Source: Octopus sinensis (taxonomy: Eukaryota). Taken from it: a DNA stretch of 31,702 nucleotides. The DNA is taken from assembly GCF_006345805.1 (NCBI RefSeq), contig NW_021829671.1:1-31702 (forward strand), written 5' to 3'. The first letter of the stretch is position 1; each line of letters starts with the position of its first letter. Positions 10,826 through 21,239 of this stretch are shown here, one piece after another. The notes beneath the pieces are model-generated. The model was not told the origin of the DNA, did not search any database, and worked only from the letters and a program-made list of their open reading frames with translations. The translations under genes were made by a program, and so were the position numbers.

Positions 10826-11515
10826 CTGGAATGTCTGCTCAGTATGACTCTAGGAAACGAGATTTCCCATAAGCAAACCCATAAAAACTTGTTAAATATG
10901 CCTACAGATTAATTAGTCGGACTCCAAGATTTCTAGAAAAACCTTAAATAGGCGCATGGACAGTGGTATGATTAAAAAATTTGGAGTCACAGTCTCATGG
11001 GTGGTTACCACTTTAGAACACTGAGTGTGTATCACTAGATTTCTGGTTGGACTTGAGCCAGCTTGCGCGTGAAATTAAAGAGGTGGTAACTGTGCGGAAA
11101 TCTATCGATTGTGCTATAGCTCTAATTCGGCCTGTCACCTCAGTCGCAAATATGTATATACATTCACTTAGGTAATCTCGCTCAATAACTTGTAAACATA
11201 ATGTACTTTACGTGACGTATAATACTAAACAGAATTGTGCAAAGATAAATAAATTCTACGGATTATGGAGGCATAATGAAAACATCATACACGAAAAGTA
11301 CAGTTCAGAAAGCGCTGAAAGCAGACCTATGTAGCTGAAAAAGTGATGTAGCGTTATATGCAGATATTTTATAGTCACCGCCATTTTTGTTTTTCTTTTC
11401 AAATGGAAGTGGAATTTAGCCTTGTCGCAAACTGTCACATCTTATGTGTTTGAAGATCAGATTTCACGACAAAAGAAGCTCTGAAATGCTCAGCTATTTA
11501 ATCGATAACTCTTAA

Positions 11516-11680
11516 CAGGCCTAGCTGTTGGGGGTGTTTGTCTCCCCTTCGTAAATATATAAGGACACAGAAAATGTGTCAAGGCCGATTGGAAGCGTCG
11601 ATGCTTCCGAGGGCTAAACGGCGGTGGTATAATTCCCTTACAGGACTGTCACGTTAAGTTGACAGTATACAACCACTCTT
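11516..11680 (+). mobile_element. retroposed structured repeat (family 1), copy 2, 5'-truncated
   Basis: About 90% identical by eye to 3311-3474. ACTCTTAA occurs at both ends (11508-11515 / 11675-11682). Confidence 0.8.
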
Positions 11681-11931
11681 AATAATTAGTTCTTTTTGAA
11701 CTGTTATTTATATTCTGGTCGTGTAAGAAAGTTTATGAGAAAATGATCTGTGGTAATATTTTAGTTCATATTCGAAAACAAGGAAATTAAGACTATGTCA
11801 ATACATAATATATCTCGTAAACTGTTTAAACAAGCGACCAATAATAAAGTTACTTTTCAAATGATGTAGCACTCTACAATTCTTTGTAAAGACTAGAAAA
11901 GGACGTTGTTATTGCAGGCTAAATAAAATAT

Positions 11932-12165
11932 CTATTTCTTTACTACCCACAAGGGGCTAAACACAGAGAGGACTAACAGGGACAGACAAACGGATTAAGT
12001 CGATTATATCGACTCCAGTGCGTAACTGGTACTTAATTTATCGACCCCGAAAGGATGAAAGACAAAGTCGACCTCGGCGGAATTTGAACACAGAACGTAA
12101 CGACAGACGCAATACGGCTACGCATTTCGCCCGGCGCGCTAACGTTTCTGCCAACTCGCCGCCTT
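11932..12165 (-). mobile_element. major SINE monomer
   Basis: Reverse complement of the family consensus. 14-bp TSD GCTAAATAAAATAT (11918-11931 / 12169-12182). Confidence 0.92.
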
Positions 12166-12460
12166 CAAGCTAAATAAAATATCGCTTAGCATTCCTCCTA
12201 AAGGCTGTAGTCAAATTCAGAACATCAATAGATTTAACCACACTATTTTACGACAAATGTAAATAGCTTTTTTTTATAGCAATGAAACGCAACATATCAG
12301 AAGTTTAAAATAATATATTGCATGCATGTAAGAAGATATGGGGTTCAACAATGTAATAATCGCGTAAAAACATACACATTTTAATGTTTAAATAAAGCTC
12401 AGTCATTTTTGTTTAGCCCCAGGTGAAACCGAATTAAGCAAACTTTTGGTAAAAAATTAT

Positions 12461-12878
12461 CTATTTCTTTACTACCCACAAGGGGCTAAACACAGAGGAC
12501 AAACAAGGACAGACAAACGGATTAAGTCGATTATATCGACCCCAGTGCATATAACTGCTACTTATTTAATCGACCCCGAAAAGATGAAAGGCAAAGTCGA
12601 CCTCGGCGGAATTTGAACTCAGAACGTAACGGCAGACGAAATACCTATTTCTTTACTACCCACAAGGGGTTAAACACAGAAGGAACAAACAAGGACAGAC
12701 AAACAGATTAAGTCGATTATATCGACCCCAGTGCATAACTGGTACTTATTTAATCGAACCCGAAAGGATGAAAGGCAAAGTCGACTTCGGCGGAATTTGA
12801 ACTCAGAACGTAGCGGCAGACGAAATACCGCTCAGCTTTTCGCCCGGCGTCCTAACGTTTCTGCCAGATCACTGCCTT
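12461..12878 (-). mobile_element. major SINE dimer
   Basis: Junction GGCAGACGAAATAC|CTATTTCTT at 12644/12645 is the reverse complement of the 6574/6575 junction. Confidence 0.9.
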
Positions 12879-12982
12879 CTTTTGATAAAAAAAATCTGTT
12901 TAAGAGTTTCTAGCCCTGGATTTCATGCATTTCTCATTTAAGCTGGTAGAAAGCGATTTAACGATGTGGCAATACTGTTTGA

Positions 12983-13072
12983 AAGTAACGGCTGTGTGGT
13001 GAAGTGGCAAGCTTTGCGACCACATGGTTTCGGGTTCAGTTCCACTGCGCAACAACTTGGGCAAAATGTTGT
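12983..13072 (+). mobile_element. tRNA-head CORE-type SINE fragment
   Basis: GGCTGTGTGGTGAAG...GGTTTCGGGTTCAGTTCCACTGCG..CTTGGGCAA. Confidence 0.65.
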
Positions 13073-13344
13073 ACAAAGAAATCAAAATAGTAATTATCTT
13101 GACATAAACAAGATTGATTTCTACAATTTCACCGATGCTAAGAGTAGCAAGGTTTTAAAGTTAATGAGAGCTAACATATATATAAAAAAAAAAAACGCGC
13201 CGTGGTTCATACCAAACAATTTTAAACTAATTTTTCTTATATTACGCGAAATAATTCGTTATGTATAATCCTTTACATTCATTAATTTCATGTTTCAGTA
13301 ACAATGTCATTATGTACGAAACTTAATATAGGTAACTAAAAAGT

Positions 13345-14499
13345 AAAAAAAAAAAAAAAATTGCCAAGGTGCGCCAATTTGAAACACGTTTCTTGGAGTG
13401 GGTATGAGGTCGCTCCCCTTGTTCTATACAATATGTAATCATTTTTTCTTCCAATTTTTTCTACCTTGGCCATAGCTGCCAACACATTACCGAGTCTATT
13501 ATTTGAGGCCTTAATGGCCATAAATGAGTTCAAAGACTCTTTTTTTCTTTTGGTTTACTTTCGGAGGGGTGGTTTCAGTTTTTCTTTTTTTCCTAGTGAT
13601 TTTTTACCACCCCTCCTCATTTTTCGTTTCCTCGCTCTTTGTTTCCTCCGCTACCTTCGCCGCCGGTTCCGCTGCCTCTGTCACCTACACACCTTCAGCC
13701 GTCCCTTCTGGGCCGCCCGGCGCTGCTTCTGGTGACACCTCTTCTGTTCTTCCACCTGGCTGAGCTGCTTCCTGCGGTTTGGGTTGGCATTCAGCCCTTA
13801 CATGCCTTTTCTTACCGCAGCCGAAGCACCTCGGCTTTCTGCCCTCTACAAAGACTGTGACTCTTTCCTCCTCACTGATTTTCAGTGTCTCCGGAATCTC
13901 TTCCAGGGTTTGTATCTCTGCCTGGATGGCTATCGTTATACGCTGCCCTTTCCAATTTTCTTATCCCATATCGGCTTTAGGCAGTTTTCTATTTTTTTCT
14001 CCTCTATTCTTTGTATAGACTTACTTGTGATGTTGAAAGTCTTGTATATTATTCTTTTTTTATCAATCTCTTCTTGCTTTTGGGCATTCGTAACCACCGT
14101 TACTTCTGTGCCCTCTTTTATCAAACAGTCTGCGTATTTCTGCAGGTTTTCAGTGTTAATTTTTTTAATTTTCTTTCCAGCTACTTCAGAAAATTTTCTA
14201 GCTGGTGCTGGGGTTTCTTTTTTCTTCGGCGAAAACTGGCTTAACAAGCCTTTAGCACAACCGCGACAAAAAGTTTTTGGTTTTGCAAGCCTCAAATGCA
14301 GCAATAATGATAGTTTTTCCCCCACGGAGGGGGGAACACCAACACGAAGCCCTCGCACGAAGGCTGATTACAATAATTGTACAACAACAGACAATACAGA
14401 CAAAGTCAATCAGAAACACAGTAGAATATAACAGAGGAAAATATAATGACTCACTACACACTCAATGAAGACTGGATTGTTAGTGGTGTTGCAAATGAT
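13345..14499 (-). mobile_element. decayed ORF1(gag-like)-only retroelement B
   Basis: N-terminal piece 14358-13936 (IIYKTF..KIENCLKPIW) aligns with ORF1 of element A (MITYRT..EIEKCLGDIM). After an internal deletion and frameshift, ENWKGQRI...VTVFVEGRKPRCFGCGKKRHVRAEC (knuckle 13787-13828) aligns with VNWKGFGV...ISVIVEGRKPNCYLCGSRGHIKKEC. In-frame stops follow. The 3' boundary is uncertain. Confidence 0.8.
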
Positions 14500-14545
14500 T
14501 ATTTTATTATTACCCACAAGGGGCCAACATAGAGGGGACAATACA
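14500..14545 (-). repeat. SINE/LINE-type 3' tail (TGTCCCCTCTATGTTGGCCCCTTGTGGGTAATAATAAAAT)
   Basis: Matches the 3' tail of the major SINE but is joined to non-SINE upstream sequence. Confidence 0.7.
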
Positions 14546-14635
14546 ATCGGGAAAAATAAATAATGAATTATGAAGTTTGTACAATGTTGTGTAATGCCCA
14601 CTCGATCCCCGAAATCGAGCGGTTACATTTCGTCA

Positions 14636-16443
14636 TTTTTTTTTTTATTACGTCAACAATATTTTCCAAATAAAAACATTTTACACATTTTCAACATACA
14701 TTTCAAAAATTTTACAAAATTCAACATTTTTTTTTCAGAATTTAAAGTTCTTTTTATCATTTCCAAATTAAAGTTTTCACAATACCTTTTCTTTTATATA
14801 TACTCCATTATCTCTACCAAATCTTGGTAATTTCCATCGTTCGTGGCCACCTTGTAAGTCGGCATTTCATATGTTTTGACACGTTCTTGCCAGCTGCCTC
14901 GATGAACGCCTCAGCGTCGTTCTCGTGGACGAGTGCACCTGTTTCTTTCCATTCGGTGCCCATCCTGACCCACGTATATCCATTTGTTACGTTTATTAAA
15001 TCTTCCATCTCCTCACAGTGCCTGTGATGGATCAACGTTCCATAGTATTTGAATTTTCTATTCGTACCTACGTTTTCTCTAGTTTTTCTCTTAGGACTTA
15101 CTTCCTCTTTTTTCTCCTCCCTCGGTTTCTCTCTTTCTCTCTTTTTGCTTTCTCTTCTTTCTTTTTCCTTATCTTGTCTTTTTGGCTCTTTGTCTGTCGT
15201 CTCTCTACCCTGTGCCTTATGTTCCTTTCCTGTTGTTTAATTTCCTTTTTGCATACCATCTTTTCCTTTCTCTTGGTTCTGTTTCTTTTCCTGCTTTTTC
15301 TCTTTCCTTTAATGTACTTTCCTTTTCTTTCTCTTGCTTCTGCCTTAGCTCCTTCTCCACTACTTCTGCACCCTGTGAATTTTGCTCCTTTTCTACTATC
15401 TTCTTCCCTTTGTTTTCATTTTCCTTCAGTGCGCTGTTACTTCCCTTCTCTTGTTGTTTCTCCGTTATTTCCTTTTCCTTGTTTTCGCTGTTCTTTCCTT
15501 CGTGTTCGTTTTCCTTCTCTCCACTTTGTGTCTCTTTTTGCTCCGCTGTGAATTCATACAGCGGACATTCCTTTTTTATGTGCCCTCTTGATCCGCACAG
15601 GTAGCAATTCGGTTTTCTGCCTTCCACTATTACACTAATTGTTTTCTCGTTTTCTATTTCTATTTGGAAGGGAAACCTTTCGATGTCTTCCATTGTGGCC
15701 ATCAGCCACAACTCTACTCCGAATCCCTTCCAATTTACAACGTTCGTCTCCTTGATTGACCCTATTTCTACTTCCTCCTTTGCTGCCCCAATAATGGCTG
15801 TTACCAGCATTTCTGTTTTAATTTCTGGGGGCACCTTTGGGACTCTTACCCGTACCCCTCGTCTTCCTTTATACGTCGGCCACATAGTGAAATTTTCGGC
15901 TTTCAGGACAGTGGAAGCTAATGAGGCCGCCACTTCCTTTGTTGAGCATCTCACCTCCACCGTACCATATTTCTTTCCTCTGTCTACAAAAGTCGCTTTT
16001 TTCATGATGTCCCCCAGACATTTCTCTATTTCTTCAATCGTCACTCTCACCAGTTTTCTCGTGTTTCTATCTTGCGTTCTATACGTTATCATCTTGTTAT
16101 TTCTCTCCTCTATTGTTTCAACAGGCGGGACCAGCTTCACGCTGTCACCCTCCCTTTTGACGAACTTCTCGTATTCCTTCAATTGTTCTTCTCTAAAGAA
16201 CACTTCTCTTATTCTAAGAGACTCGTCACTTTTTGTTGTGGCGACCCCCGCGTAAGTCTCCATGACTAGAGGGTCGACACACCTTCTATAAAAGGTTCAA
16301 ACACGCAGCGGCAGATGCCTCGCGCGATTCAATTTTTGACAATTTTTTAACAGTTTTTTTTCTCAAATTTTTCACATACAAAATAACTAACCAACACACT
16401 CAATGAAGACTGGCATTGGCAGCTGTGTGGTGTTGCAAATGAT
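14636..16443 (-). mobile_element. ORF1(gag-like)-only non-LTR retroelement A (L1/Tx1-like ORF1 by inference)
   Basis: 5' leader shared with element B, then ORF1, a ~170-nt AT-rich 3' UTR, and AATAAA overlapping an A11 run (14636-14649). No endonuclease or RT sequence is visible. Confidence 0.75.
14814..16263 (-). CDS. gag-like ORF1 nucleic-acid-binding protein with CX2CX4HX4C knuckle; one frameshift near 15235
   Basis: 348-aa ORF 16263-15217 with CYLCGSRGHIKKEC (15565-15606) and a K/E-rich tail. The +1 frame stays open from ~15235 to the stop at 14814, implying a ~480-aa ancestral protein. Confidence 0.8.
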
Positions 16444-16620
16444 GAGAATTCACAAGAGAGACAGAAGTGTGTCTAATTTATAGACATAACCAATCACAAC
16501 TACAAATTTCCTCTTCCAATAAACAGAAAGAATAACAGTAGATGAATGAGTGGTGGTAAGAGGTGGAAGGGGAGAGAGAGAATTTAAAAATCTGACAAAC
16601 GACATTTTCTTTATTTTGTA

Positions 16621-16818
16621 CAAGTTGGTTCGAATTTCACAGTGGTTACTGTATGTTCCTTGGTAGGTTATATTTTTTAACTGCTTTATTCAATGTTGTT
16701 CGACATTTCAAATTTCTATCAAGTTGGTTCGAATTTCACAGTGGTTACTGTATGTTCCTTGGTAGGTTATATTTTTTAACTGCTTTATTCAATGTTGTTC
16801 GACATTTCAAATTTCTAT
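16621..16818. repeat. perfect tandem duplication, 2 x 99 bp
   Basis: 16621-16719 is identical to 16720-16818. Confidence 0.95.
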
Positions 16819-16820
16819 CA

Positions 16821-17236
16821 AAGGCGGCGAGCTGGCAGAAACGTTAGCACGCCGGGCGAAATGCGTAACCGTATTTCGTCTGCCGTTACGTTCTGAGTTT
16901 AAATTCCGCCGAAGTTGTCTTTGCCTTTAATCCTTTCGGGGTCGATAAATTAAGTACCAGTTACGCACTGGGGTCGATATAATCGACTTAATCCGCCTGT
17001 CTGTCCTTGTTTGTCTTCTCTGTGTTTGGCCCTTTGTGGGTAGTAAAGAAATAGGTATTTCGTCTGCCGTTACGTTCTGAGTTCAAATTCCACTGAGGTC
17101 GACTTTGCCTTTCATCCTTTCGGGGTCGATAAATTAAGTACCAGTTAAGTACTGGGTCGATATAATCGACTTAATCCATTTGTCTGTCCTTGTGTGTCCT
17201 CTCTGTGTTTAGCCCCGTGTAGGGAATAAAGAAATA
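16821..17236 (+). mobile_element. major SINE dimer
   Basis: Junction AAGAAATAG|GTATTTCGTCTGCC at 17054/17055. Confidence 0.9.
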
Positions 17237-17501
17237 AGAATAAACAAGAAGAATAAAAAGAAAATATTTTACTTCAACCAAAATATTTTTTACAAATGAA
17301 TTCCTATTACTTTTCAAATTTCTGCTTTTCCTATTCTTTTCAAAAGCAAAATGTATTGAGCCTAGCCCGTATATTAGTATTTCCCGTCAAGTTCAGAAAC
17401 AAGATGTATTAGAGCAGTAAGAAAATGCGTTTCAATAGAATATGGCAAGGCTGGCTCTTTTGAATTACAGGTACACGATATGTGTCTGCGTCTTATATGT
17501 A

Positions 17502-18780
17502 TTGGGTTGGCAACTAAGTTCTCGCGTTTTTTAAAATTTTAAATTTTTTAAAAAGTTTAATAAAAAATAACAACTAATTACTCAATAATGTATTCACCCT
17601 TGTTGTTTATAACTTATTCCCAACGTTCAACAAGATTTTCAATACCTCGTTGGTAGAAATCACCCGATTTCGACTCGAAAAATTGATCCAACCAAGCTCT
17701 CAATTCTGCATCAGTATTGAACGAAACTCCGCGCATATCACTTGAAAGAGATTGAAAGAAGTGGAAATCCGTGTGTGCCAAATCAGGAGAGTACGGCGGG
17801 TGTGGCAGCACTTTACAGCCATGTGTTTGAATGACTTCCTTGGTCATATTGGTGATATGAGGGCGGGCGTTGTCGTGCAGCAGAAGAACTCCATGCTGAC
17901 GATTAGGTCTTTTCTCTTGAATAGCCGTGTTGAGTCGTTCCATCTCTTGAACATAGAGTTCCGCGTTGACCGTTTGGTTCCGTTCAAGCAATTCGTAATG
18001 GATAATCCTTTCCCAGTCCCACCATACACACAGCATCGTTTTACGCGGATGAAGATCTTGTTTCACGCGCGGTGTCGCTTGTTTACCGGGGCTAAGCCAT
18101 TCCTTACGCTGCTTCATATTGATGTACAGGCACCATTTTTCGTCGCCAATAACGATTTGGTAAAGAAATCGTTGCTTGTGTCCATGAGTTGAGTGGTGAC
18201 GAGCAAGAAAACCAGCGGAGATTGTGGCTCGTTGATTTTTGTTGTCACTTAAAGCATGCGGAACCCATACTCCATACTTCTGAACCTTTCCCATCGAGTG
18301 AAGATGCTTCTTTATAGCAGTGTGGGAGCATTCCATTTTCTCTGCCAGTTCCCTTGTCGTTTGACAAGAATTTTCCTGCAAAAGTTGGTTTAATCGCTCT
18401 TCATCGAACTCAACTGGACGGCCAGAACAAGGTGCGTCTTTGAGGTCAAAACTTCCATCTTTGAACTTGGCATACGAGCGGTTCTTTCATCTTTCAGCTA
18501 TGGCACCCTCTCCATACACAGCACAAATGTCGCGAGCAGCTTTTGCGGCCTTATAGCCTTGATTAAAAGCAAAAAGAAGGAGGTGATGAAAATGCTCGTT
18601 TTTCATTAACGATCTGAAAATAAACAAAATTTAACTAAAATTAACTAGAAAAAAAAAAAGCAAAATAGATTCCAAAATGATTCAAAAATAGCATTCTTGA
18701 ATATAATAGATTCCAAAATTTAAAAACGCAATTAATTCCAAAATTTAAAAAAAACCGCGGGAACTTAGTTGCCAACCCAA
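17502..18780 (-). mobile_element. full-length mariner DNA transposon (1279 bp)
   Basis: TIR TTGGGTTGGCAACTAAGTTC(T/C)CGCG at both ends; TA TSD at 17500-17501 and 18781-18782. The TIR resembles the mellifera subfamily (from recall). Confidence 0.95.
17578..18606 (-). pseudogene. mariner DD34D transposase with two in-frame stops
   Basis: ATG 18606 to TAA 17578 lie in one frame, with premature TGA (18487-18489) and TAA (17614-17616). Motifs WVPHAL, IVIGDEKW, LLHDNARPH, HPPYSPDLAHTD. Confidence 0.93.
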
Positions 18781-18983
18781 TACATACAAAAGAGACGAGC
18801 ATTGTATAAAGGGAATAGAATGTAGGATGCAAGGAGAAAACTAATGATGCAAGTCAGATAGAAGCTTACTGTTGTTTCTGCTGTAGGATGCATTGCACTC
18901 ATAGTTGAGTGCTTGTGTATCACCTTATAGCTATGTCGGAGCTCAAGAAATGAAGTGTATTTCATTTTGCAAAGCATTTATAT

Positions 18984-19213
18984 ATTTCTTTATTGCCCAC
19001 AAGGGGCTAAACATAGAGGGGACAAACAAGGACAGACAAATGGATTAAGTCGATTATATCAACCCCAGTGCGCAACTGGTACTTAATTTATCGACTCCGG
19101 AACGATGAAAGGCAAAGTCGACCTCGGCGGAATTTGAACTCAGAACGTAACAGCAGACGAAATACCGCTAAGCATTTCGTCCGGCGTGCTAACGTTTCTG
19201 CCAGATCTCCGCC
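18984..19213 (-). mobile_element. major SINE monomer
   Basis: 20-bp TSD TTTCATTTTGCAAAGCATTT (18960-18979 / 19214-19233). Confidence 0.92.
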
Positions 19214-19519
19214 TTTCATTTTGCAAAGCATTTGTATATATGGAAAAGATCATCGTTGACGAAAATATGGAGAAAAAAAAAAAGAAATGTAAGAAAGGAA
19301 ATACAGAGTTTGAAAGATGAATGCTACTCTCCGAAAGATCTTGATAATTTTGTGTGTGTGTTTGAGGGGGGGGGGATTTATTAAGTTCATAACATAAATT
19401 CTTGTTCCCTCGTCATTTACTATATTTTTATGCTGTGTACTACAATAACACTTGTTTTCTAAAGCATATGAATATCAAGTTCCAAATCAGGTATTGCTAT
19501 GACTAAGCTATGACTATGT

Positions 19520-19824
19520 ATGTCAACGGCCATCCAATAAATGTCTTAAGGCTGTATCATGCGCGGAGACATACAAATAATCGGACTGAATACCCGATCA
19601 CGTGGTTAAACCATTTGGAGTGAAGGACTCCTAGCCTTTGTTAGGGCATCCCTCTAGGAGAAGGTAACTCAGGTAACTGGGATAACTCCGACATAAAACC
19701 TGCGGCTCAGTGGTTATCGATGATGTTGACTTGTTCTTCTTTTCGGATTATGGCTGCTGTTGCTTAGCGAGTGGGATTGACTCAGTGCACAGCCTTTCCT
19801 CACTTTAAAAAAACATCTTCTTGC
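19520..19824 (+). mobile_element. possible RTE-clade LINE 5'-UTR fragment
   Basis: GGGCATCCCTCTAGGAGAAGGTAACTC...TAAAACCT resembles the GGGCAACC..CTAGGAGAAGGAAAACTCTG..AAACC block of RTE 5' regions (recall only). Confidence 0.35.
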
Positions 19825-20072
19825 ATGTATGTATGTATGTATGTATGTATGTATGTATGTATGTATGTATGTATTTATGTATGTATGTATGTATGTATGT
19901 ATGCATGTATTTATGTATATAGGCATGTATGTATGTATGAATATAGGTATGTATGTATGTATGTATACAGGCATGTATGTATGTATGTATGTATGTATGT
20001 ATGTATGCATGTATGAATGTATGTATATAGGCATGTATGTATGTATGTATGTATGTATATATATATATATAT
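19825..20072. repeat. compound (TGTA)n/(TA)n microsatellite
   Basis: Direct reading, with variant units ATAGGCATGT and TGAATG. Confidence 0.95.
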
Positions 20073-20555
20073 GTTATAATTTAGAACAAACAGTAACTAT
20101 TGGTGCATTGTTGCACCACTATCTTATTTATACTTTAACCAAATGGTGTTTTGTTTTACTGGGAAGCAATACTACTGTATTGCACTGTTTCATAATGTTT
20201 TCTTTGAAACCTTTTTCACTGTTCTCAGTCTGTTAACGGACAGGTGTTTCAGATAAGTATATACTGGTATTGATGTAGCGATATTTGAGATTTTATCCAA
20301 GTAAATCTCGCCGATGAGAACTAATCAGATTTACGTTAACAAACGTAATTCGGAAAGTTCGAAACCTAGGTCCTAGATTATACACATCTGGGTTGTACAT
20401 TTATTTAATGTTCTTCCTATACGTAAGATGAAATCTTTTATGTTCGCCGCCCGATAACATTTTGCTAGTATATATGAGCAGTGAAGCTTTACTATAGCGT
20501 CGTATACTATCAACTGCTATTTCCAATAAATATTGGTGCACGATTGTACTACTAT

Positions 20556-20560
<5 letters not shown>
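20073..20560 (+). mobile_element. hammerhead-bearing Penelope-type pLTR unit between (TA)n tracts
   Basis: A 30-nt terminal sequence is repeated at 20098-20127 and 20531-20560 (25/30 identical). Contains the hammerhead at 20304-20379. Confidence 0.6.
20304..20379 (+). ncRNA. type I minimal hammerhead ribozyme motif (core CCGAUGA/GAAA, GUC site)
   Basis: AAUCUCG|CCGAUGA|GAAC..long hairpin..GUUC|GAAA|C CUAG G|UC|CUAGAUU. Confidence 0.8.
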
Positions 20561-20644
<84 letters not shown>

Positions 20645-20651
20645 TATATAT

Positions 20652-20845
20652 ATTTCCAAGATATCTAATGCTCGTAGCTTAGTTTTTCCTTGGGGCTGGC
20701 CGGATCGGATTGATCTCAAGATTAATCAGCCGAAATTGCGAGGATGATCCGGTTCTTGACTGAAGATTAAAGGCTTCGAATGACCCGTCCGTTTTTTGGT
20801 CGTCTATTTGAATGTTTTGCGTTCTTGTCCCATTTTGTATTTTTA
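20652..20845 (+). mobile_element. (TA)n-flanked repeat, family A/B copy 2
   Basis: Homologous to the reverse complement of 492-715. Confidence 0.6.
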
Positions 20846-20861
20846 TATAAATTTTTTATAC

Positions 20862-20906
<45 letters not shown>

Positions 20907-20944
20907 TTATATATTATATATATATATATATTATATATATATAA

Positions 20945-21020
20945 AATATTATAGAGACAAAACCACTATTTTGCAAAACAAACAAGGAAAGACTTAATCA
21001 TACATAAAATTTTAATATAT
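20945..21020 (-). mobile_element. 3'-terminal fragment of family Z
   Basis: Reverse complement matches 25470-25535 (AAGTCTTTC.TTGTTTGTTTTGCAAAATAGTGGTTTTGTCTCTA). Confidence 0.7.
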
Positions 21021-21047
21021 GTTATATATGTATATATATTTGTATAA

Positions 21048-21148
<101 letters not shown>

Positions 21149-21176
21149 ATAATATGTTACAATTACTCACTAGTCA

Positions 21177-21239
21177 AGATAAAACCCTGAGTTTCAGATG
21201 CCGAAGTGGAAATCCACAACACCATCTCTTCGGTTATCT
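21177..21239 (-). ncRNA. type I hammerhead motif (core CCGAAGA/GAAA, GUU site)
   Basis: AGAUAA|CCGAAGA|GAUG..GUGG(AUUU)CCAC..CAUC U|GAAA|C UCAGG G|UU|UUAUCU. Confidence 0.7.

Noticed and set aside
14484-14499. TGGTGTTGCAAATGAT as an LTR primer-binding site
   Set aside because: Wrong strand for the ORFs, its complement is not a tRNA 3' end, and no LTRs are present.
15018-16255. Plus-strand F/L/S-rich ORFs (15018-15551, 15683-16255, 13784-14431)
   Set aside because: Antisense shadows of the purine-rich gag ORFs.
17397-17470. Candidate 74-nt exon (CAG|...CAG|GTACAC)
   Set aside because: Weak splice context and no homology; needs RNA-seq.
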